DNA of 64,000 nucleotides from Candidatus Peribacteria bacterium (GTDB lineage: Bacteria > Patescibacteriota > Gracilibacteria > UBA1369 > LOWO2-01-FULL-3), in assembly GCA_943356465.1 (NCBI GenBank), contig CALREX010000003.1:46450-110449 (forward strand), given 5' to 3'. Position numbers and translations under genes: made by a program. The notes under the pieces are model-generated. The model saw only the letters and a list, made by a program, of their open reading frames with translations, was not told where the DNA came from and did not search any database. Of the stretch, positions 56,603-64,000 are shown piece after piece; position 1 is the first letter of the stretch, and each line of letters opens with the position of its first letter.

Positions 56603-58294
56603 ATGAAAATTTCAAAACAACAAGTTCTACTCACGGCTTCTTTTCTTTTACTGTCAGCCATTTTAGCCGGATGTTCGCTAAACACGCCGACGAAGTCGGC
56701 CCTCCCGACACAAACCGAACAAACAGAGAAGCCTAAAGCTGAAGAACTACAAATAAATGGAGACATTTCATATTCAACTCCAAGCGAAAAAGACATATGG
56801 ACTCCGGAGTTTAAACAAAAATTCATGGAAGGATACAAAAAAATGTATCCGGATTCAGAAGTAAAAACATTCGAAGATACTCAAAAATATGGTTATTACA
56901 AATTTTTCGAAGTTGGAACAATAACAAAGACCCCATACAAAAACCAAAAACTTCTCGTCATAGCAATCCCCTGTGACGGCATGTGCTTCACAAAAGACAC
57001 ATACAGATTCGCATACGATGAAACCACAAAAACACTCACACTTCTAAAAAAACATTCAATAAATTCGGATTCTTATCTCCCAGTTCTACAAGCGATTTCC
57101 ACCAAAACAGATTCAGTTACAAATCTCGAAAATCTCGATGCACCTGACAAAATCCTGATCCCGGGAACAGACAAATACGCAGAATTAGAGACGAAAGACG
57201 CCTCCGACATGTTCGATTCAGCCACTTACAACCCTATCGAACAATATTCAGAAGAATACACGGACAAACCCACCGGCATGAAAATCTACTATAATTTAAA
57301 ATCAACAAAAGAATTTATTTCGGACGAATGCCTGAGGGTTCTGCTTCCAGACGGCACAATCTCGATATACGCATTCAAACCTGATTTCGGAAAAGCAATA
57401 ACGGACAAATATTCTATGACTGCAGGAGGATGCGGCATAACAGGCTCATGCTATTTAATAGCAGACGTACAAGATTCAGACTTAATACCGGCAAGAAACA
57501 AATCGGGTAACATAGATTTCTATGTTCCAAAAAATCCAAAAACAGACAAGATACTGTTAGATAACTACGATAGATACAAAATACTACAGGAATGGAAAGT
57601 AAAAGAAAATCCAAGCGTGAAAGTATTATCACTCGATGAATTTGTTACAGGAGAGCCACTTCTTTACTGGAAAGATCCACTTGGAAGATGGTCATCATTA
57701 ATAAACAATGACATAAAACCGATGGCGGAATGCGGCAAACCTGTAATCTATTTGTACCCGCAAAAAACTATGGATGTCTCCGTAGAAGTGGGAATAGATC
57801 GCCTTACAAAAACAATTCCGGAATATAAAACCGGATGGAAAGTTTCTGCACAACCAAATGGCACACTATACAATTATGACGACAAACAGGCATACCCATA
57901 TCTATTCTGGGAAGGTCAAAATAAAGGCATGCTGACGCCAACAAAAGGCTCATCAGTAAAACGCGCGGATCTTGAAAAATTCCTTACAGACAGCCTTGAT
58001 TCTTTGGGATTAAACAGGACAGAAAAGAAAGATTTCATGGAGTTCTGGCTTTCAAAAATGTTGGCAAATAACGAAGAATATTTCTTCGTTTCATTTGTTG
58101 GAACACGAGATTTCAACAAAGTCGCACCACTAAAAATCTCGCCTGCACCGGACACATTGATCAGAGTTTTCATGTACTACATGCCGCTCGATAAACCCAT
58201 GAGAACAGAAAAACAAGATCTAAAAGCGATCGACAGAAATGGATTTACAGTTGTTGAATGGGGAGGAACATCATCAGTGCCATGGTTGGAATAA
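56603..58294 (+). CDS. large lipoprotein, unknown function
   Basis: 563 aa. Signal and lipobox LLLSAILAGCS. No recognisable domain. Confidence 0.75.
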   Translation: MKISKQQVLLTASFLLLSAILAGCSLNTPTKSALPTQTEQTEKPKAEELQINGDISYSTPSEKDIWTPEFKQKFMEGYKKMYPDSEVKTFEDTQKYGYYKFFEVGTITKTPYKNQKLLVIAIPCDGMCFTKDTYRFAYDETTKTLTLLKKHSINSDSYLPVLQAISTKTDSVTNLENLDAPDKILIPGTDKYAELETKDASDMFDSATYNPIEQYSEEYTDKPTGMKIYYNLKSTKEFISDECLRVLLPDGTISIYAFKPDFGKAITDKYSMTAGGCGITGSCYLIADVQDSDLIPARNKSGNIDFYVPKNPKTDKILLDNYDRYKILQEWKVKENPSVKVLSLDEFVTGEPLLYWKDPLGRWSSLINNDIKPMAECGKPVIYLYPQKTMDVSVEVGIDRLTKTIPEYKTGWKVSAQPNGTLYNYDDKQAYPYLFWEGQNKGMLTPTKGSSVKRADLEKFLTDSLDSLGLNRTEKKDFMEFWLSKMLANNEEYFFVSFVGTRDFNKVAPLKISPAPDTLIRVFMYYMPLDKPMRTEKQDLKAIDRNGFTVVEWGGTSSVPWLE

Positions 58295-58359
58295 AGCAAA
58301 AAAACGACATCATAAAAGAATTCAGAAATACTGGATTCTTTTCCTCAAAGAAATTTTTT

Positions 58360-59178
58360 ATGATTTCTCTAGTTGCCTTAACATTAACTGCATGTGCAAC
58401 AAAAGCAGTCACAGAGCCTAAAACACCAATCATCACAAAAGCCATAATAGTCCCCCATCATCTTCTTGTCGAAAACTATCTCGATGATTTTTACAAAAAA
58501 ATTGCAGAAAAAAATCCTGATGTGGAAAAAATAATCCTCCTTAGCCCGAATCATTTTGATTATGGAAACCGCTATATACAGAGCACAACTGCACTAACAG
58601 ACAAAAACGGCATAAAAATAAATATAGACAAAAATGAAATCGCAAAACTTGCACAGATAGGCGCACTATATATCGAACCTATATATTTCGAAAAAGAACA
58701 CGGCATAATGAATGAATTTATTTTTACAAATAAATATTTTAAAGATGCCGAAATAATCCCCATAAGATTAAAGAACGGAACACCAAAAGATCTCTTGGAT
58801 ATACTCGCAAATGAACTTTCAAAAATCATCACACCAAACACTCTTATCATAGTAAGCGCAGATTTCACTCACTACACAAATGAGAAAATCACACTCGAAA
58901 ATGACAAAAAATTCATAGAATATTTCGAGAACATCCATACAAAAAAAGATGTAAATTTTGATGAAATAAAAAAATTAGCACAGTGTTCAAAAATAGATTC
59001 ACCTGATGCAGTTGCTGTAGATTCACCGGAATCCATATATACGGAACTAAAAATTTTACAAAAAGAAAACGCATTAAATTTCATATTTTTCAAACGCACA
59101 TCCTCAGCATCACTTCTCGGGCTGAAAAATCCACTCGACAACACAAGTCACATCTTCGGGGAATTCTTAACAAAATAA
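58360..59178 (+). CDS. MEMO1 / AmmeMemoRadiSam system protein B-like, with lipoprotein-type signal
   Basis: ORF 58258..59178; alternative ATGs lie at 58258 and 58282. The start at 58360 gives MISLVALTLTACAT. Family motifs are VPHHLL, LLSPNHF, EHGIMNE and SADFTHY. Confidence 0.7.
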   Translation: MISLVALTLTACATKAVTEPKTPIITKAIIVPHHLLVENYLDDFYKKIAEKNPDVEKIILLSPNHFDYGNRYIQSTTALTDKNGIKINIDKNEIAKLAQIGALYIEPIYFEKEHGIMNEFIFTNKYFKDAEIIPIRLKNGTPKDLLDILANELSKIITPNTLIIVSADFTHYTNEKITLENDKKFIEYFENIHTKKDVNFDEIKKLAQCSKIDSPDAVAVDSPESIYTELKILQKENALNFIFFKRTSSASLLGLKNPLDNTSHIFGEFLTK

Positions 59179-59219
59179 ACAAAATCTGATACTATCCACA
59201 AAGTGAATAAATTTTAAAC

Positions 59220-60395
59220 ATGAACTTATACGCATTTGAACTCGGTCGAAAAAAAGAGCTTTGTCTCGCAGAACTTTTGAGTGTTCTCGGAGAAAAAAAT
59301 CTCCTAGAGAAAAATATGGATACAGCAATTTTTAAACTAAAAGAATCTCAAGAAAAAAATATTCAATCTTTACAGGATTCACTTGGCGGAACAATAAAAA
59401 TTGTGAAAATTTTCAAAACCGCACAAAAAAATCAGATAAAAGACATAGTAAAAGAATATCTGGAAGAAAATTTCAAAGACAGGACAGGAAAAATAAATTT
59501 TTCGTTAACGATATTAAACCAAAAATTTCCTGACAAAATTCTTATAAAAAACCTACTGATATCTTCAAAGAAAATCCTGAAAGAACTGGGACTAAACAGC
59601 AGATTCGTAAATCAAAATTTCGGCAATACAAAGCCGTCAACAATCTACAAAGCACGTGTCATCGAAAAAGGTGTAGATATAAACATAATTTACAGCGACA
59701 AAACTATATACATCGGAAATACAGTAGCGATTCAAGACATAGACAGCTATTCACTTCGTGACTTCAATAGACCAAAACGAGACGCTTTAGTCGGAATGCT
59801 TCCTCCAAAACTCGCACAAGTCATGATAAATCTTGCCGTTCCGGAAGCCAAAGATAAAACCACGATCTATGATCCATTTTGTGGCACAGGAGTGATTCCA
59901 ATGGAAGGACTTTTGCTCGGATACGACGTCATAGGTTCAGACATAGATCAAAGAATGGTTGAGTACACGACAGAAAACTGCGATTGGTTAATCAAAAATT
60001 TCAGACCAAAAAATAGTCCATCTTTTCGCATTTTCAAAAACGATGCAAAGTTTCTGACAAAAAATTTACTTCCGGAAAACATAACAGCAATAGTAACAGA
60101 AGGATATCTTGGCCCTGCACTAACAAAATATCCTCTGGAAGAAGAACAAGAAAAGATATTCCGCGAACTTTCAAACTTGCATTTAAACTGGTTAAAACAA
60201 GTACACGAGCTTACTAACAAAAATTTGAGGATCGTAATGTGCCTTACAGGATTCAAAAAAAATACATCTATCACACATTTTCCACGCTTCAAAGAACTCG
60301 CAACTTTCGCCGGTTACAAAATCGAAGATACATATTCCTATGATCGTGAAGACCAAATCGTCATTCGCGACATAGTGATTTTAACAAAAATATAA
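59220..60395 (+). CDS. putative RNA (guanine-N2)-methyltransferase, UPF0020/Trm11-like class I SAM MTase
   Basis: 391 aa. SAM motif I IYDPFCGTGVIPMEG, then GSDID, and motif IV-like VTEGYLG. There is an N-terminal THUMP-like region. Confidence 0.7.
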   Translation: MNLYAFELGRKKELCLAELLSVLGEKNLLEKNMDTAIFKLKESQEKNIQSLQDSLGGTIKIVKIFKTAQKNQIKDIVKEYLEENFKDRTGKINFSLTILNQKFPDKILIKNLLISSKKILKELGLNSRFVNQNFGNTKPSTIYKARVIEKGVDINIIYSDKTIYIGNTVAIQDIDSYSLRDFNRPKRDALVGMLPPKLAQVMINLAVPEAKDKTTIYDPFCGTGVIPMEGLLLGYDVIGSDIDQRMVEYTTENCDWLIKNFRPKNSPSFRIFKNDAKFLTKNLLPENITAIVTEGYLGPALTKYPLEEEQEKIFRELSNLHLNWLKQVHELTNKNLRIVMCLTGFKKNTSITHFPRFKELATFAGYKIEDTYSYDREDQIVIRDIVILTKI

Positions 60396-61001
60396 ATGTT
60401 ACAATCTGCCGGCGGAGAAGTGATTCAACTTCTTACCACATATAGATATTTCATACTTCTGCCACTTTCAATCATTGAAGGCCCTATCATGACAGTCATT
60501 GGCGGATTTTTAGTTGTATCAGGCCTTTTCAATCCATTTGCAGTATATGGAATAATAATTTTGGGAGATATCCTCGGCGATACTATTGCATATTCAATAG
60601 GCAAATTCGGAGGAATACATTTGATGAAAACAAAATTCGGAAAGTTTCTGGGAGTAACGCAGGAAAAACTGGAAGAAGCAAAAAATAAATTTCAAAAACA
60701 TCACAAAAAAACTCTAATTTTCTCAAAGCTATTTCACGGCTTTGGACTCGCAGGCCTCATCACTGCGGGAATACTGAGAATAAATTATTGGAAATATCTT
60801 ATAACCTGCGTTTCAGTCACAATGATTCAGGCTATGATATTGTTGATTATTGGAATATTATTCGGTTCCGCATATCAAACTTTCGGCAGATACATCAGTT
60901 ATTTTGCGGAAACAACAATCGCTATAGGTATTTGCGTAATTATTTATTTGATAGCAAGAAACAGGATTAAATCAAAAAAACATGAAAATCTTAATAGTTA
61001 A
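60396..61001 (+). CDS. DedA/VTT (SNARE-associated) family membrane protein
   Basis: 201 aa. FILLPLSIIEGPIMTVIGGFLV...GDILGDTIAYSIGKFGG. Confidence 0.8.
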   Translation: MLQSAGGEVIQLLTTYRYFILLPLSIIEGPIMTVIGGFLVVSGLFNPFAVYGIIILGDILGDTIAYSIGKFGGIHLMKTKFGKFLGVTQEKLEEAKNKFQKHHKKTLIFSKLFHGFGLAGLITAGILRINYWKYLITCVSVTMIQAMILLIIGILFGSAYQTFGRYISYFAETTIAIGICVIIYLIARNRIKSKKHENLNS

Positions 61002-62151
61002 TGACACTTATCATCCACATGTAAACGGATGCTCGGTATTCACACAAAGATTTGTTCATTATCTGAAAGAAAGAGGGCATGAAATAAACGTAATCGGACC
61101 ATCATTGGACTTCAGCAATTCAAAAAGAGAAGTGGATGGCGTGACAGTTTATGGCATAAGAACTTCGACATTTGGATTCAAAAATAATTGGGAGTTCAGA
61201 TATGCAATTCCATGGTTTAACAAAAAATATATCAGACAAATTCTCGACGAGGTTAAGCCCGATTTAGTTCATGCACAAGGCCATTTCCCTATCTCAAGAA
61301 ACGTCATAGATGTGGCTATTGAAAAAAAAATTCCTGTAATGGGAACAAATCATTTTATGGCGGAAAATTTGGTTCATTATCTTCCGGGTCCGGAAATTTT
61401 CAGGACATGGCTTCATAAATGGCTATACAAAGACTTCGCAAAAGTATTCAATAAACTTAAAAAAATTACAACTCCGACAGCAACAGCGGCAAAATTCATT
61501 CAAAAATGGATATCACAACCGGTTATCGTGATATCAAATGGGATAGATTTAAAAATTTTCAATCATAATCTGGAAATAAAAGAAAATCTACGCGAGAAAT
61601 ACAAAATACCAAAGAATAAACCAAATCTGTATTACGTAGGACGTTTGGACAAAGAAAAAAATCTGGATATGGTGATAAAATCAGCAGCTATCGCTATGAA
61701 AAAAGCGCAATTTCACCTAACAATCACAGGAAATGGAAATGAAAAAGAAAACTTGAAAAAGCTCTCGGCGGAATTGGGAATTACTGACAACACAACTTTC
61801 ACAGGCTTTGTACCTGACGAAGAACTGCCTTATCTTTATAAATTTGCAGACTGTTTCATCATGGCAGGCACAGTCGAACTCCAAAGCCTAGTAACAATGG
61901 AAGCAATGGCTACAGGGCTCCCAGTTTTAGGTGTAAATGCCATGGCAATTCCTGAATTGGTACATGACGGAGAAAACGGATTTTTGTTTGAATTCGGAGA
62001 CATAGAGGGACTTTCTGACAAAATGGTAAGAATATTCAACGACGAAAAAACAAGAAAAGAAATGAGCCAAAAAAGCCTTGAAATAATAGCAAAACACGAC
62101 ATAAACAAGACTATGGATAGTTTTGAAGGTCTTTACAGAAAATTATGTTGA
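60982..62151 (+). CDS. glycosyltransferase family 4
   Basis: 389 aa. MKILIVNDTYHPHVNG; GRLDKEKN; C-terminal E..S.V.MEAMATGLPVLG...ELV.DGENG. Confidence 0.88.
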   Translation: MKILIVNDTYHPHVNGCSVFTQRFVHYLKERGHEINVIGPSLDFSNSKREVDGVTVYGIRTSTFGFKNNWEFRYAIPWFNKKYIRQILDEVKPDLVHAQGHFPISRNVIDVAIEKKIPVMGTNHFMAENLVHYLPGPEIFRTWLHKWLYKDFAKVFNKLKKITTPTATAAKFIQKWISQPVIVISNGIDLKIFNHNLEIKENLREKYKIPKNKPNLYYVGRLDKEKNLDMVIKSAAIAMKKAQFHLTITGNGNEKENLKKLSAELGITDNTTFTGFVPDEELPYLYKFADCFIMAGTVELQSLVTMEAMATGLPVLGVNAMAIPELVHDGENGFLFEFGDIEGLSDKMVRIFNDEKTRKEMSQKSLEIIAKHDINKTMDSFEGLYRKLC

Positions 62152-62212
62152 AAATCCACCCACACTTGCGTATATTAGGCCTGTTCGGTACTTTTTTGCT
62201 GAACAATAACGT

Positions 62213-62287
62213 TCCCGGGTGGCGCAGCGGTAGCGCAGCTCGCTGTTAACGAGTTGGTCGTCGGTTCGAATCCGACCCTGGGAGCCA
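62213..62287 (+). tRNA. tRNA-Asn (anticodon GUU)
   Basis: TCCCGGGTGGCGCAGCGGTAGCGCAGCTCGCTGTTAACGAGTTGGTCGTCGGTTCGAATCCGACCCTGGGAGCCA. It forms a clean cloverleaf with anticodon loop CTGTTAA and an encoded CCA. Confidence 0.93.
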
Positions 62288-62291
62288 TTTA

Positions 62292-62359
62292 AAAAACGAT
62301 GGACGCAAAGCGTTCAGCGGTTTTTAAAAACGATGGACGCAAAGCGTTCAGCGGTTTTT
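62292..62359. repeat. perfect tandem duplication of a 34-bp terminator-like hairpin
   Basis: aaaaacgatggacgcaaagcgttcagcggttttt occurs at 62292-62325 and again at 62326-62359. Each unit folds: A5C pairs with GT5, cgatgg/tcagcg pair, and acgc-aaa-gcgt forms the tip. Confidence 0.85.
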
Positions 62360-62373
62360 AAACATTGCTCGAC

Positions 62374-62458
62374 GAGGATTCGAAGTTTACACCCCGCATT
62401 GCGGGGTGAATCCGACATACATTATGCCCCGCAGCGAAGCGAAGGGGTGTATCCGACC
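62374..62458 (+). repeat. two tandem tRNA-flank modules (hairpin plus copy of the tRNA-Asn T-stem/acceptor junction)
   Basis: The first module is gaggattcgaagtttacaccccgcattgcggggtgaatccgaca. The second is atgccccgcagcgaagcgaaggggtgtatccgacc. gaatccgac and atccgacc repeat 62268-62277 of tRNA-Asn, and the second hairpin matches the tRNA-Gln flank module at 27 of 31 positions. Confidence 0.75.
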
Positions 62459-62461
62459 ACA

Positions 62462-63025
62462 CTACCTCCAACTCCAAGAGTTCATTGTATCGCTAAGAAA
62501 ATCTTTTGCTCGACCATTGCTACTAAGGATCAATTGAAGTTTATGATCCGGAGAAATAGTTATCAATTGTTCTGATTCATATGAAGGATCTTTTTGATTT
62601 ATTTCACGAACAATAATTCCAGGCTCACCATCAATAGTAATGTCATTTATAGTACTACCAGCGACCTTGTCAGGAAGCGCATCCTTATTGTTAGTAATTT
62701 CATAAGAACTAAAATCAGAAATTTCCAGACTGCCAACCGGTTCACCAGAGGCTTTATTGAAGTAAATTTCATTTTCAGATACCGTTTCAACAGTAATTTC
62801 AGGAGAGATGAAAAATGCAAATTGATATTTTGGATGTCGCCAAACCAAGCGCTCAGAATCAGATGGAGTCTCTGTTTGTTTCCCAGCCAACATTTCAGCG
62901 GCAATACGTGCCTTTTCGGCTTCGACTAAAGCAATATCAGATTTCGACACACATCCTGCAAAAAGCAAGATTACAAACAACACAATCCCCACACATAATT
63001 TATTTTTTGTATTATTCATATGCAT
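62462..63025 (-). CDS. putative lipoprotein, unknown function
   Basis: 187 aa. Signal and lipobox LCVGIVLFVILLFAGCVS. Confidence 0.7.
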   Translation of the reverse strand: MHMNNTKNKLCVGIVLFVILLFAGCVSKSDIALVEAEKARIAAEMLAGKQTETPSDSERLVWRHPKYQFAFFISPEITVETVSENEIYFNKASGEPVGSLEISDFSSYEITNNKDALPDKVAGSTINDITIDGEPGIIVREINQKDPSYESEQLITISPDHKLQLILSSNGRAKDFLSDTMNSWSWR

Positions 63026-63131
63026 AATTTATTCTTTTTGGTTAGAACTGCACTTATTGTATACAAGTTTTTTATTTAATCCAAGCTTAACAAAACTTTC
63101 AAAATTATAAAATTTTAAGTACAATTAAAAT

Positions 63132-63668
63132 ATGAAGTTATCACCGGAACAACATGAGAAACTACTCAAAACATTGAAAGTCCGTTTTGAGAAAAACATG
63201 AACCGCCATAAAGGTCTTAAGTGGGCTAAAGTAGAATCAAGACTCAAAGCCAATACTGAAAAACTTTGGTCACTCAACGAAATGGAAAGAACCGGCGGTG
63301 AACCTGATATTATTGGCAGTGAATATATTTTTTACGATTGCTCAGAAGAAAGCCCTAAAGACCGCAGGAGTGTTTGTTACGACCTTGAAGCACTGGAGTC
63401 AAGGAAAGAACATAAACCAAAAGATAGCGCTATTGATATGGCAGCGGCTATGGGTATCGAGCTTTTAACTGAAGAAGAATATCGAGAATTACAAAAATTT
63501 GGAAACTTCGATACGAAAACATCAAGCTGGATAAAAACACCTTCTGACATAAGAAAACTCGGCGGCGCCCTTTTTTGTGACCGCCGCTACGACACCGTCT
63601 TCGTATATCACAACGGCGCAGAATCCTACTACGCAGCTAGAGGATTCCGTGGATTGCTAAGAATATAA
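63132..63668 (+). CDS. DUF4256 domain protein
   Basis: 178 aa. ...RFEKNMNRHKGLKWAKVESRLKANTEKLWSLNEMERTGGEPD...FCDRRYDTVFVYHNGAESYYAARGFRG matches my recollection of DUF4256 closely. Confidence 0.75.
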   Translation: MKLSPEQHEKLLKTLKVRFEKNMNRHKGLKWAKVESRLKANTEKLWSLNEMERTGGEPDIIGSEYIFYDCSEESPKDRRSVCYDLEALESRKEHKPKDSAIDMAAAMGIELLTEEEYRELQKFGNFDTKTSSWIKTPSDIRKLGGALFCDRRYDTVFVYHNGAESYYAARGFRGLLRI

Positions 63669-63676
63669 ACAGACTT

Positions 63677-63955
63677 TTAATACCCTCGCCCCCTTCCTTC
63701 AGGTGGTCTAGAACTTGATCTTGATACACCAACTTTTGGAGGAACCGTTGCAAAAATTGCAACAGTTGCCCGTTGATCTAGCTCATTAGAATCAAAAATA
63801 TTTTTTATGTGACGAGATATACCTGACTTATCGGTATCGAAAAGACAAGCAATCTGTTGTAAAGTTGCCCATATTGTTTCAGCATGAATATCTTCGCGTA
63901 ATTCTATTGCACCAGTTTTTGCCTGATAAATGACGACTTTATTTTCTTTTTTCAT
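63677..63955 (-). pseudogene. N-terminal remnant of a RhuM-family protein
   Basis: The first ~66 aa (VVIYQAKTGAIELREDIHAETIWATLQQIACLFDTDKSGISRHIKNIFDSNELDQ) look like a RhuM N-terminus. The frame then runs into an unrelated GC-rich tail (PPKVGVSRSSSRPPEGRGRGY) and stops. Full-length members are about 330 aa. Confidence 0.55.
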
Positions 63956-64000
63956 ATGTTTTGTTGAAAAAATATATGAAAAAAGCCTAGACTAGGGAGA

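Noticed and set aside
62292-62458. A CRISPR-like array, given the direct repeats after tRNA-Asn.
   Set aside because: There are only two abutting 34-bp copies with no spacers. The following repeats are heterogeneous, and no cas genes are in the window.
62333-62575. Track ORF 62333..62575 (+), 80 aa.
   Set aside because: It starts inside the duplicated terminator and reads through the flank modules. It overlaps the end of the better-supported minus-strand lipoprotein gene. It is a repeat-derived artefact.

Overview
This is 64 kb of an AT-rich bacterial chromosome, roughly one third G+C by eye. It reads cleanly with the standard genetic code: ORFs of 500-850 aa are intact, so there is no sign of UGA recoding.

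I support about 58 protein genes, two canonical tRNAs (Gln-CUG on the minus strand, Asn-GUU on the plus strand) and one aberrant tRNA-like gene. I found no rRNA, CRISPR array, transposase or integrase.

The housekeeping backbone is rplY, ybaB, mltG, dnaA, rseP, frr, pyrH, groES-groEL (with a CIRCE operator), rny, hppA, rsmE, a P-type cation ATPase, a TerC protein, msrB-msrA, an ABC-F ATPase, trhO, gmk and ssb. Other content includes many lipoproteins, an SLH-domain protein, a soluble TraD/VirD4-like ATPase, cysteine-rich zinc-ribbon paralogs and very short spacers. That style fits a small-genome uncultivated lineage such as CPR/Patescibacteria, but this is inference only. Genes are almost all on the minus strand up to 36.9 kb and mostly on the plus strand after it.

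Candidates for something undescribed:
1. Four paralogous cysteine-rich proteins of about 510-585 aa (20.8-24.0 kb and 28.2-31.6 kb). Each has mirrored terminal multi-CxxC modules and an internally duplicated Cys-repeat core.
2. A compact cluster at 36992-44908 with four ATP-grasp ligase modules, a FemAB/GNAT-like transferase, a fold-type-III PLP decarboxylase and a PAP2 phosphatase.
3. A 530-bp ncRNA-dense spacer next to dnaA. It holds a tRNA-like gene with a broken acceptor stem and an upstream leader that is antisense to its anticodon arm and its CCA end.
4. A shared ~40-nt hairpin module downstream of both canonical tRNAs, each time followed by a copy of that tRNA's own 3' end. At tRNA-Gln there is also an NYN-gene cassette flanked by 24-bp direct repeats.
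5. A three-tier nested inverted-repeat element in the hppA upstream region.
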